64,000 bases of DNA from Candidatus Aenigmatarchaeota archaeon. GTDB taxonomy: Archaea; Aenigmatarchaeota; Aenigmatarchaeia; CG10238-14. The position numbers and the translations under genes are program-made. The stretch spans positions 1 to 64,000 of the forward strand of contig JAWBZR010000003.1 in assembly GCA_044343545.1 (NCBI GenBank), given 5' to 3'. Shown here one piece after another: positions 10,237 through 19,089 of the stretch (positions within the stretch are counted from its first letter, which is position 1; each line of letters begins with the position of its first letter). Below the pieces are notes generated by a model. That model had not been told where the DNA came from. It searched no databases and was given only the letters and a program-made list of their open reading frames with translations.

Positions 10237-10694
10237 AAGGTCAGACGAATGAAATCATAAACTTGGTCATTTTAGTAGTGATTGTGCTTGTTTTGTTTAT
10301 ATTATCATATTTTTTAACATCAAGACCTCAAAGATCCACTGCGCAATTGATTGAAATGCAGTCAAAATATGATGCGGCTAAAAAAGCTGTTTTAGGTTTT
10401 TATTATACAAAAGTAACTGGTGTGGAAGTTAGTTATGTTACTTTATTAGGTTATAGATTGATAAATGGAAATCCTTTTTACTTCGGGGAATATTATCCTT
10501 ATGTTGATTGTGACAAGATGGTGGAGGAATATTTCACCGAACATTTTGCCAATAATTGGGGGTTCGAGCTAAAGGATATATATTTGGGATATAAAAAACC
10601 CTCAAGCAATTATCAAACAATAGAAATTTTAATACCGGTGCCTTCACAAAATAATAGAATAGAAAGAGGATATTTGTATGTCTGGTCAAGCTAG
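10233..10694 (+). CDS. Type IV pilin-like protein (class III signal peptide)
   Basis: MKG/QTNEIINLVILVVIVLVLFILSYF; GTGA overlap with upstream stop. Confidence 0.75.
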   Translation: MKGQTNEIINLVILVVIVLVLFILSYFLTSRPQRSTAQLIEMQSKYDAAKKAVLGFYYTKVTGVEVSYVTLLGYRLINGNPFYFGEYYPYVDCDKMVEEYFTEHFANNWGFELKDIYLGYKKPSSNYQTIEILIPVPSQNNRIERGYLYVWSS

Positions 10695-11904
10695 CATCAT
10701 TATCATAGTAGGCTTGGTGGCAGCTTCTTTGATATTGTGGGTTGTCAACACATACACTCAATATTCAACCAAAACACGAGTTATTACATCCACTGAAGTT
10801 GATAAGATTTCGAGTTATATTGACATTATAAAAAGTTTTAGTAGAAATGCCTTGCAAATTTCCGCGCACAAATCTTTTATGTTTGATGCAAGTAGAGGAA
10901 GAACTTTCTATTGTAATGGCCCTTCTCCACCAAGTATAAGAGTTATATTGCATGATGTTGAAATATTAACTAATAGAACATTCAATGAATATTTAAGCAA
11001 AGTTAGTTTCGATGATCCATTACTTGAATTAAACATAACACCATCTACCTGTATAAGTTTTGACATAAATGAGCAACGTTTAAATTCGCATAATTATGAT
11101 GAAAAATTTAACGCAAGTGAATTTGGAAGTGAAATTAGTATAAAGTATGGCGATAATTTCTTGATAGAAAGTAATGAAATAAAAGATGAAAGTATTGTGA
11201 GGAATAGGTTTTGGCTGATTTACAATGGTTTTAAGAGATGGGCTGAAGAGACACATGCTTTCGATAATATTTGTAATTGCCTTCAAGACCAAAGTATATG
11301 CGGATGTGGAAACATTCCATGTAATGGTGATTGTAAAAGTTGTATGCCCCTATATTATTGCACAAAAGAAAGTATTATAAAAAGTATCGAAGAACTTGAT
11401 GCTATATTTTCAAACGAGTACATAGAATGTAAAGGTGAAATAGAAAATTGTGTTTTAAACGTTGAAGATAGTAGTTGTAGTGATACTGAAAGTTGCGGGG
11501 AATGGGTTAACGATGAATGTTTCTTCTGTGAATATGATGATGAAGAAAGTTTATGCTCAGATAGTTTATCATATGGTCTGGCAAGAGCGCAAGCAACTAC
11601 AACAACTGTGACTCAATGGAGTTGTTTAGTAAGTAAAAAAACTATAAAATACAAGGCAAAAATCAGTTTCGTTTGCATAGATAAAAAATATGCTCTTCCC
11701 GTTGAAGCATCGCCAGAGGAGCAACAATTGAAGTATAAGATTACAGCATATTTTGCTAATGAAGCTTATGGTGTTTGTCCAAGTTATGTAATTACAACAA
11801 ATCCGCCTCCAAATAATTGTGGATGTGCGGCTTCTGTTCCTGGACCTCCTGGACCTGGAGATGTTCCCCCTGGTCAACCCTTACCTCCTCCACCAAAAGG
11901 TTAA
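10678..11904 (+). CDS. Pilin-like Cys-rich protein with Pro-rich C-terminal tail
   Basis: MSG/QASIIIIVGLVAASLILW; more than 20 Cys; ends PGPPGPGDVPPGQPLPPPPKG. Confidence 0.7.
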   Translation: MSGQASIIIIVGLVAASLILWVVNTYTQYSTKTRVITSTEVDKISSYIDIIKSFSRNALQISAHKSFMFDASRGRTFYCNGPSPPSIRVILHDVEILTNRTFNEYLSKVSFDDPLLELNITPSTCISFDINEQRLNSHNYDEKFNASEFGSEISIKYGDNFLIESNEIKDESIVRNRFWLIYNGFKRWAEETHAFDNICNCLQDQSICGCGNIPCNGDCKSCMPLYYCTKESIIKSIEELDAIFSNEYIECKGEIENCVLNVEDSSCSDTESCGEWVNDECFFCEYDDEESLCSDSLSYGLARAQATTTTVTQWSCLVSKKTIKYKAKISFVCIDKKYALPVEASPEEQQLKYKITAYFANEAYGVCPSYVITTNPPPNNCGCAASVPGPPGPGDVPPGQPLPPPPKG

Positions 11905-11933
11905 TCTTTTATTAGGTTATATAAATATTCAAT

Positions 11934-14033
11934 ATGCTAGTAGGCAAAATTATAGGCAAAACCTCTCCAGAAAGCTATAGTTTTGAAGTTACAGGTATAA
12001 TTAGAAAAATGGATTTTGTAGCTACAAGAGACCCAGAAAAAAATTGGGTTTTGGGTAGAATAGATGATATAATACAGCAAGATACGCAAACTATTGCAAC
12101 AGTTTCAGTAATAGGATATGCAGACAAGGATGGAGTAAAGATGCCAAGAATGCCATTCAAGCCTAACACGTATGTTTATAAGGCAGACGACGGTTTGATA
12201 AAAAAAGTGTTAGGCTTAAAAAATTCTGGATTATATGTAGGTCTGCTAGATGGCTCGGAAAAGTTAAAAGTATATCTTGACCCTAAGTTGCTTATGACAA
12301 AACATTTAGCTATATTGGCAAAATCTGGTTTTGGAAAATCTTACCTGGCAGGTATTTTGCTTGAAGAATTCATGGAAAATGAGATTCCTGCAGTGGTTAT
12401 AGATCCTCACGGTGAATATTTAACTTTAAGAAACCCGAACAAAAAACAAGAAGAAATAAAATATATGCCTATGTTTGATGTTGAGCCGAAAGGTTATGCA
12501 AAAAATGTCGAAATATATTGTTTGGATAAAAATTTGACAGAAGGCTCGAGAAGATTGAAACTAAGAGGAAAATTGACGCATCAAGAAATTTTGGACATGC
12601 TTCCATTCAAACTATCTCCTACTCAGCTTAGCATCATTTATACAGCAGTGACGGAATCGGAAAAGCAAGAATATACTATTGATGAGCTTAAAAGGGAAGT
12701 TATGAAAAACAAATCTCCGTCAAAGTGGAGCGTGATTCCTGTATTAGATCTTATAAAATCTACTGGACTTTTTGACATTATTGGTTATGTTACGCCTCAA
12801 GACTTGGTTAAAAAAGGAAAAGTGAGCATAATCAACCTAAAGGGAATAGAGCCGGATATTCAGCAGCTGGTTGTCTACAAGCTTGCTAAGGATTTATTTC
12901 ATGCAAGAAAGATGAATAGAATACCCCCTTTTATGTTTATAATAGAGGAAGCACATAATTTTGCTCCAGAAAGAAGTTTTGGCGAAGCGGTCTCGTCTCG
13001 TATAATAAGAACAATAGCATCTGAAGGTAGAAAGTTTGGTATGGGTCTTTGTGTTATCACCCAAAGACCTGCAAGAATAGATAAAAATGTTTTATCTCAA
13101 TGTACAACGCAAATATTTTTGAGGGTAACAAATCCTAATGATTTAAAATCCATAAGTGATTCTGTGGAAGGAATGACAAAAGGTTTAGAATCGCAAATTA
13201 AAATATTGCCTGTAGGAACTGCATGCATAGTTGGTTTGATAGAGCAACCCTTACTTGTTAATGTAAGAATAAAGAGAAGCGAACATGGTGGTGCTCCTGC
13301 ATCTTTGACAGAAAAATTCAAGGAACAAGAAGAGTCTGGCGATACATTATACTTCTATCCAAAATTTTTCGAAGAGGATGTGAAAAAGATTGTTTCAAAA
13401 GACATTGAAAGGATAAAACTTGTGTATTATCCACTTTATTATCTGAAATGCAAGTTTAGAACAGACGAAGGAGATAAAGTGGACAACATCTTTGTTGACG
13501 GTTTTAGTGGAGAACTGGTTTATTTGAACAAAGGAATTTTGGAAAGAACTGAAGGGTTTAAAAAGCTACTTGATTTGGACACCAAACAGAAAGCTGTTTC
13601 AATATTTTTGACAAGTTATGGAAGCACGGATTTTAATACCATCAGTAAAAGATTGAAAATAAGAGATGAAGAGTTAATGGAAATATTAGGGACGTTAAAG
13701 AAAAAAGGCATAGTATCCATGGACGGCTTGTTGTTTAAAAGCAACATAAGGGTGAATTTTGAAGAAATTATTGAAAAACAAATATCCGAAGCGCCTCTAT
13801 CTTACAAGTATGGTGGCGAGGTTTTGGAACCAAAAATCAAGAAAGATATCATTCCGAAAGTTTTGGATATATTCAATCCTGATGCTGTGGATAAGAAAAC
13901 AGCTTTTTATCCTTTTTGGGTCCTCTCTTTAAGTGACGGGACTATCGAAGTCATAGATGCATTGACTGGAGAAAAAGAAGAATACTTGAAAAGCTTTGGA
14001 ATATTAGAAAACCTAAAATCTATGTTTGATTAA
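11934..14033 (+). CDS. HerA/FtsK-superfamily ATPase (DUF87-type) with HAS-barrel-like N-terminus and long C-terminal extension
   Basis: KHLAILAKSGFGKSY (Walker A), DPHGEY, IIEEAH (Walker B), EGRKFG and TQRP motifs. Confidence 0.9.
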   Translation: MLVGKIIGKTSPESYSFEVTGIIRKMDFVATRDPEKNWVLGRIDDIIQQDTQTIATVSVIGYADKDGVKMPRMPFKPNTYVYKADDGLIKKVLGLKNSGLYVGLLDGSEKLKVYLDPKLLMTKHLAILAKSGFGKSYLAGILLEEFMENEIPAVVIDPHGEYLTLRNPNKKQEEIKYMPMFDVEPKGYAKNVEIYCLDKNLTEGSRRLKLRGKLTHQEILDMLPFKLSPTQLSIIYTAVTESEKQEYTIDELKREVMKNKSPSKWSVIPVLDLIKSTGLFDIIGYVTPQDLVKKGKVSIINLKGIEPDIQQLVVYKLAKDLFHARKMNRIPPFMFIIEEAHNFAPERSFGEAVSSRIIRTIASEGRKFGMGLCVITQRPARIDKNVLSQCTTQIFLRVTNPNDLKSISDSVEGMTKGLESQIKILPVGTACIVGLIEQPLLVNVRIKRSEHGGAPASLTEKFKEQEESGDTLYFYPKFFEEDVKKIVSKDIERIKLVYYPLYYLKCKFRTDEGDKVDNIFVDGFSGELVYLNKGILERTEGFKKLLDLDTKQKAVSIFLTSYGSTDFNTISKRLKIRDEELMEILGTLKKKGIVSMDGLLFKSNIRVNFEEIIEKQISEAPLSYKYGGEVLEPKIKKDIIPKVLDIFNPDAVDKKTAFYPFWVLSLSDGTIEVIDALTGEKEEYLKSFGILENLKSMFD

Positions 14034-14043
14034 ATGGTAAAAT

Positions 14044-14913
14044 ATGAATCATAAAGATATAATCGATTTTTTGATTATAAAAAGCCAGGAGTTTCTCGAA
14101 TACTTCAAAGATATCACCATCATATTGATCTTTCGCTTTATGAAAACTTGACGTGGGAAAATATAATTTATTCTATAGTAAATTGTAGGATGAATGAATG
14201 TATTATATTAACTGAGAGTTGGGGGAGAAAATTATTTGAAGTTGAAGGTTATGACTTAGACCCGAATACACCTTGGCAAACTCATTGGTTATATGCGCCT
14301 GATGTGATGATTAACACGACAAATATTGAGGGTAAGAGAAGGTGTAAATTTTAGATTTGTTGATGGTATTAGAAATGCTAACTGGGACTATAATATTCCT
14401 CATAGAGGTTTTGGGGTAATAGATCCTAGAACACATGTAGAGATACTTTATCCGTTTTTGTATTTAGTAGAAGGATGGAAATTATATGATTTGGCTACGA
14501 AAATGATAAAGATCACTTCAATAGCTGCAGACGTTACCGGCAAAGTGCCCTCTACTTCAGAAATAAAGTATCATACAGTGACTTTAAGAAACATCTCCTC
14601 TGATGTGAGAATCCAAACCTACTCCGATTGCACATGTAACTGGGGTAGATACGGTTTAAGGAGAAGGAGAGAAAGGTATAAAGGTGGTGAAAGATTAATG
14701 TGTAGACACGGTGTTGCGCTTTATCATTATTTGCAAGACAATAAAAAAGTCGATGCTTATTTACCTGTGCCGACAGGCATTCTAAATGTTTGGTTGACGT
14801 TAAAGCAAAGAGTAGTTATAGGCGTGAGTAAAGTGACGAAAACACAGATGAATGCTTTGTTAGGTATGATAATAGCTTACATGGGTGTAGAAAAAGCTTT
14901 TTCTTTGGAATAA
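14044..14913 (+). pseudogene. SWIM zinc-finger protein, probably one disrupted gene (track ORFs 14148-14354 and 14326-14913)
   Basis: DCTCNW...LMCRHGVALY SWIM motif; the two ORFs join with a +1 shift near 14322; the 5' end is also disrupted near 14052-14072. Confidence 0.55.
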
Positions 14914-14990
14914 AAATTCTTTTTGTTTAAACTCTTAAACATCATTAAACTTTTATAAAAACAAAGATACAATTATTTATTCTGAAAGGT

Positions 14991-15587
14991 ATGAGAGTAA
15001 TAGTTGCTGGTTTGAAGGGTTGCGGGAAAACAACAGTTTTAAAGTTTGTTTCACAAAAAAGACCTGACATAAAGATATTGAATGCCGGCGATTTCTTTGC
15101 CCAAGTCTTTCAAAAATATGGACTGAAAAGGGATCAAGGAGATTTGGGTATTCCAAGAGAAAGATATGTGAAGATTCAAAAAGAAATTTTCAAAAACTTG
15201 GCAAGAGAAGCGAAAAAACATAAAAATGTTATAATTGATACTCACATTTTTTTGACAAAAAGAGAAGGTTATTACCCTGGCTTGCCTGAATTTGCAATGA
15301 AAGAACTCGATCCGGATGTTATTGTAGTTTTAGAATACGATCCGAAATTGATATTGAAAAGGAGAGAGAAAGATTTGAAAGAGTTAGGTAGAGAGAGAAG
15401 CGGTGAATTTAGTGTGGAAGGCATAGAATGGGAACAACAAGTACAAAGATATTTCGCTTTCGCTTCTGCCGCTTTCACAGCTTCTACAGTTAAAATAATA
15501 AAAAGATATGAAAGGGAGAAAAGAGAATTTGAGCATGCAGAAAAAAATGCAGAAGAAATATTAAAGTTATTTGATGAAAAAACTTGA
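14991..15587 (+). CDS. adkA: Archaeal-type adenylate kinase
   Basis: GLKGCGKTT P-loop, IIDTH, GYYPGLP and ILKRREKD motifs. Confidence 0.85.
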   Translation: MRVIVAGLKGCGKTTVLKFVSQKRPDIKILNAGDFFAQVFQKYGLKRDQGDLGIPRERYVKIQKEIFKNLAREAKKHKNVIIDTHIFLTKREGYYPGLPEFAMKELDPDVIVVLEYDPKLILKRREKDLKELGRERSGEFSVEGIEWEQQVQRYFAFASAAFTASTVKIIKRYEREKREFEHAEKNAEEILKLFDEKT

Positions 15588-15700
15588 TTGGTTTTAAATT
15601 GTTGATAAAGTTATTTTCCTGAATATTCTAGGAATATAAGGAAGGTTTTTGAAATAAAAAATTTATAGGATTAAAACATTATTTCTGTTAGAGTAATTTT

Positions 15701-15819
15701 GCTGGAGTAGATCAGCGGTTAGATCGCCGCGCTCATAAGCTTTTAAGCTTAATGAGCTATGATATGATGATTAGAAAGGTGAACCGCGGAAGTCGGGAGT
15801 TCGAATCTCCCCTCCAGCA
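15701..15819 (+). tRNA. tRNA-Met(CAT), probably elongator, with 46-nt intron at 38/39 (15739-15784)
   Basis: Acceptor GCTGGAG/CTCCAGC; anticodon stem CCGCG/CGCGG with loop CTCATAA; T-arm GGGAG-TTCGAAT-CTCCC; BHB with TCAT/GTGA helix. Confidence 0.9.
15739..15784 (+). ncRNA. Putative intron-encoded box C/D guide RNA
   Basis: Perfect box C ATGATGA (15764-15770); degenerate D-type boxes ATGA (15759-15762) and GTGA; antisense element ATGAGC complementary to the anticodon loop. Confidence 0.5.
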
Positions 15820-15897
15820 CTTTATAAAACCTGTTGAGAAACATTAATCGATTATGGAAGAAAATTAAAAAATTGATTTTCTAAATTATTTTACAAA

Positions 15898-15970
15898 GCC
15901 TCAGTAGCTCAGTTGGTAGAGTACCTGCATGGTAAGCAGGTGGTCGCGGGTTCGATCCCCGCCTGAGGCT
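15898..15970 (+). tRNA. tRNA-Thr(GGT), no intron
   Basis: GCCTCAG/CTGAGGC acceptor; CCTGC-ATGGTAA-GCAGG anticodon arm; GCGGG-TTCGATC-CCCGC T-arm. Confidence 0.96.
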
Positions 15971-16139
15971 AGTCTTCTACCTTTGCTTGGTTTTGAATCA
16001 AAAAATTTATTAAATCATCATAAGTCTGCAAACCATAAAGATTTCTATATTTATCTAGCAAACTTCTCATTTTTTCAAAAGTTACTTCGCTTATTTCCAA
16101 ACTTATAGTCTTGTTAACAGTTTTAGGTTTCATATACAT
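15969..16139 (-). CDS. Small ribbon-helix-helix / antitoxin-like protein (56 aa)
   Basis: Manual translation MYMKPKTVNKTISLEISEVTFEKMRSLLDKYRNLYGLQTYDDLINFLIQ...; beta-alpha-alpha pattern; below the ORF track cutoff. Confidence 0.55.
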   Translation of the reverse strand: MYMKPKTVNKTISLEISEVTFEKMRSLLDKYRNLYGLQTYDDLINFLIQNQAKVED

Positions 16140-16165
16140 TTAAAATTAAAAAAGAAAATTTAAAA

Positions 16166-18370
16166 TTAGCAACCGTGCGGTCCCATGCATCTTTCAGGTT
16201 TCTTGTTTCTCTTCTTGCCAAGCAAAGCAATTAACAGCAATAAAAGTAGCGGTAACAGCAATAAAAGCCATAATAGATTGAATTTGTTTTCAGCTTTTAC
16301 TCTCATTGTTGAAGTTACCGAATATTTCGGAGACCCTTGAGCAGTAATTGTGAATTTGTATAAACCACTTGCATCGCATGGAACATTGACATCCACATAC
16401 ACCTTTCTGAATTCACCCGCGTCAAGCTCGATTGTGCTTGGGTAATTACTCAACCATTTAGCAGGTTCGCCTTCAAAACTTATTGTAAACATATCTTTTG
16501 CTTCGCCCACATTCTTGACGATAAAGGAGATGTTTGTTTGTTGGCATTGTCTTACAACATATTCACTTTCAGCTCTCACTTGAGGATATCCCATCTTTAT
16601 TGAAAATTCTCTTTCCAACTCATCTGAAGCGTAGGGATTCCAGACGTTTACCTTTACCTTCATTATATCCGTATCTTCCGGAACTCTTATTACGAAGCTT
16701 ACATCTCTCTCTTCGTTAGGTTTGAGCATTATTATGCCACCTGACATTGTTTTATTTAATGCATACAATCTTGTCTCTATATTAGGCTCTATATGCATTC
16801 CACAATTTCTTACTCTTACTTTAAGAGTGGCTGTTTCACCTTCCTTTAACGGTTTTTCTGTCCACAAATCTTTAATTATCAAGCAATGCTCAGGTGTTGT
16901 CTTGAAATAGCTACTTTCATCTATTATAAATCTTCTCATGGAAGTATCGCTTATTCCATCCAACCAAGCTGTTACTTCTATCGTATGCATTCCTTCTCCA
17001 TATTTGTCTGCACTAAAGTAGAATTTGTATTCTTTTGTCTCTATGTGATAAAATCTCAAAGACGATTCTGTTAATACTTTGCCGTCTATCCTTACTTCAA
17101 CATATACATTTTGTGGCAAAGAGGGTGCTTCTTTTAATGTGATAGGTACCTTACCTTCAACGAGATCAGAGGAGCGTGGATTTTCTGGATTTAGCCAGAT
17201 AAATCCTACATCTATATCTTTTGGTTCAAAACATTTTATCACTCTTATAGCAGAATATCTCGTTTCACTATCTTTTGCACCTTCCACTACCACTTTAATG
17301 TCATGAGTTCCATAAGACAAGTCATAAGCATTATATTCATATTCTATTGAAAATGTTTTTCTTTCTCCAACATCTAATACATGAGTATCCTTGCCTATGT
17401 ATATGTATCTCCCATCTTCTTTTATGTAGAATCTTGCCGTAACTTCTGTATCATCCCTACCAGCGACGAGTCTAACTGGGACAGAAATTTCTATGGTCGC
17501 GTCTCTTTCCCTGCATATGGTATATGGTGAAACTTCGATACTTCCCACACTTACATCTTCTGTGTCATAGCAAGATGGGGGGCAAATTGTTGTGGTTGTG
17601 CATGGTGGTTGAGGTACTTGTTTATTTCCAAACTTTACCTCTACTAGCAAGGGTGAATTTATCGTTACATACTGTGGATTTGAAGTAGTTGTTTGCCATC
17701 CATCAGGAACGTTTTCTCTAATGATGTAATAGCCGTAAGGCAAATTTGTCAACAAAGCATAACCGTCTGCATTCGTGTAAACCGTCGTAGTTATGGGGCC
17801 TATCACAGTAAAAGCAAAACCTTGTAAGGGTTGTTCTCCATAATCCCATTGGCCGTTGCCGTTAGAATCGTAAAACTTGAAAATCTTTAAAGAGCCATAT
17901 GGTAGTGTAGTTGTGGGTGGTGGTGTGGGAGTAGGTGGATTGCAATCAGCTGGGCTTTGTCTATCAGAAACCCAGACTATCCAATCTTTAGCTTCTCCTA
18001 CACTATTCACTACATCTATTTGTATAGTTGTGCATGGCTCAACATAGTTGGCAAGCGAAGCTGAAGACAAACCGAATTCGCCATAAATAAAGTTATAGCC
18101 TGGCAAATTTATGCACTCGTAATGAGGAGTGCCAGGTCTCATAGCAATACCTTTGCATTTATACACTGAAACTGTATAGCCTGAAGGTGCATAACAACTT
18201 CCTGAATATACATCACAAGTATTCACGCAATTAGGGTCATTTTCTGTACCTCCACAGACGTTTCTTATCCTTCCACCAAGTATAGGATAGTTTGGATCAT
18301 ATGCCAAGACTAAATTTAATAGTAAGAGCAAAATGCTCAATAGTATTATTACTCTCTTCATAATGTTCAC
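16166..18370 (-). CDS. Large cell-surface protein (SdrD/Cna-B-like and CARDB/Ig-like domains, C-terminal TM)
   Basis: Signal peptide; Cys-rich N-domain; FYDSNGNGQWDYGEQPLQG...YTNADGY (SdrD-B-like); several VKNxG Ig-like repeats; Leu-rich TM plus basic tail. Confidence 0.75.
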   Translation of the reverse strand: MNIMKRVIILLSILLLLLNLVLAYDPNYPILGGRIRNVCGGTENDPNCVNTCDVYSGSCYAPSGYTVSVYKCKGIAMRPGTPHYECINLPGYNFIYGEFGLSSASLANYVEPCTTIQIDVVNSVGEAKDWIVWVSDRQSPADCNPPTPTPPPTTTLPYGSLKIFKFYDSNGNGQWDYGEQPLQGFAFTVIGPITTTVYTNADGYALLTNLPYGYYIIRENVPDGWQTTTSNPQYVTINSPLLVEVKFGNKQVPQPPCTTTTICPPSCYDTEDVSVGSIEVSPYTICRERDATIEISVPVRLVAGRDDTEVTARFYIKEDGRYIYIGKDTHVLDVGERKTFSIEYEYNAYDLSYGTHDIKVVVEGAKDSETRYSAIRVIKCFEPKDIDVGFIWLNPENPRSSDLVEGKVPITLKEAPSLPQNVYVEVRIDGKVLTESSLRFYHIETKEYKFYFSADKYGEGMHTIEVTAWLDGISDTSMRRFIIDESSYFKTTPEHCLIIKDLWTEKPLKEGETATLKVRVRNCGMHIEPNIETRLYALNKTMSGGIIMLKPNEERDVSFVIRVPEDTDIMKVKVNVWNPYASDELEREFSIKMGYPQVRAESEYVVRQCQQTNISFIVKNVGEAKDMFTISFEGEPAKWLSNYPSTIELDAGEFRKVYVDVNVPCDASGLYKFTITAQGSPKYSVTSTMRVKAENKFNLLWLLLLLPLLLLLLIALLGKKRNKKPERCMGPHGC

Positions 18371-18432
18371 TATTAAGTGATGGTAAAACTGATATTTAAA
18401 TATTTCTATTTTATAGTAGTAAAATTAAAAAA

Positions 18433-18666
18433 TCACTTTATATTCAATGCTTCCTTTAGCTTTTTGACATCATATCCTATTATTACCTTCCCGTCCACTA
18501 TTGTTACCGGCACGCCCATTTGGCCCGTTTTCTCTATCATTTCCATAGCCCCTTCTGGATCCTTGTCAACATTCACTTCCCTAAACTTTATGTTATGTTC
18601 TTTTAGAAACTTTTTAGTCATCTGACACCAAGGACACCATTCTGCCGAATACAAAACAACTTCCAT
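18433..18666 (-). CDS. Glutaredoxin-like protein (NrdH/YruB family)
   Basis: CPWC active site; GQMGVPVT...IIGYD motif. Confidence 0.9.
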   Translation of the reverse strand: MEVVLYSAEWCPWCQMTKKFLKEHNIKFREVNVDKDPEGAMEMIEKTGQMGVPVTIVDGKVIIGYDVKKLKEALNIK

Positions 18667-18734
18667 GCCAAATCACCTCATAAATAGTTTACTTTGTAAA
18701 CTATTTAAATCTATCTTTCGAAATTTATATATTT

Positions 18735-19028
18735 ATGGAAAAAATTTGTCCAATAATCGAATCCATAAAAATGATAGGAACTAAGCATAGACTAATAATA
18801 ATAAGAATGTTAAAAGATGGGGAAAAAAGTTTTAACGAAATGAAAAAACTATGCAAAATGAGCTCAAAAACGTTGTCCATCAACTTGAAATATCTAGTTG
18901 AATGCGAAATAGTAAATAAAAGAAGTGAAGGGAACAAAAACATTTATTTTTTAACACAAAAAGGGAAAGAAATCACGCCAATTCTTGAAATGATAGGCGA
19001 ATGGGGAAAAAAGTGGAAAATTTGTTAA
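18735..19028 (+). CDS. HxlR-family winged-helix transcriptional regulator
   Basis: N-terminal CPI, FNEM, SSKTLS..LK.L and YFLTQKG motifs; divergent from the glutaredoxin. Confidence 0.85.
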   Translation: MEKICPIIESIKMIGTKHRLIIIRMLKDGEKSFNEMKKLCKMSSKTLSINLKYLVECEIVNKRSEGNKNIYFLTQKGKEITPILEMIGEWGKKWKIC

Positions 19029-19089
19029 AGTCGACTAAGATTTTAAACAACTCAACACTATTAAAATAATCGGCACGAAGTGAATCTTT

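Noticed and set aside
15701..15819. Initiator tRNA-Met or tRNA-Ile2 identity
   Set aside because: G1-C72 and no GGG/CCC anticodon stem argue against initiator despite A11-U24; the GC-starting acceptor fits elongator Met better; Ile2 is not fully excluded
3292..16139. Integrated element bounded by tRNA genes
   Set aside because: No integrase or duplicated tRNA 3' end found, and the interval contains core genes (gatD, adenylate kinase)
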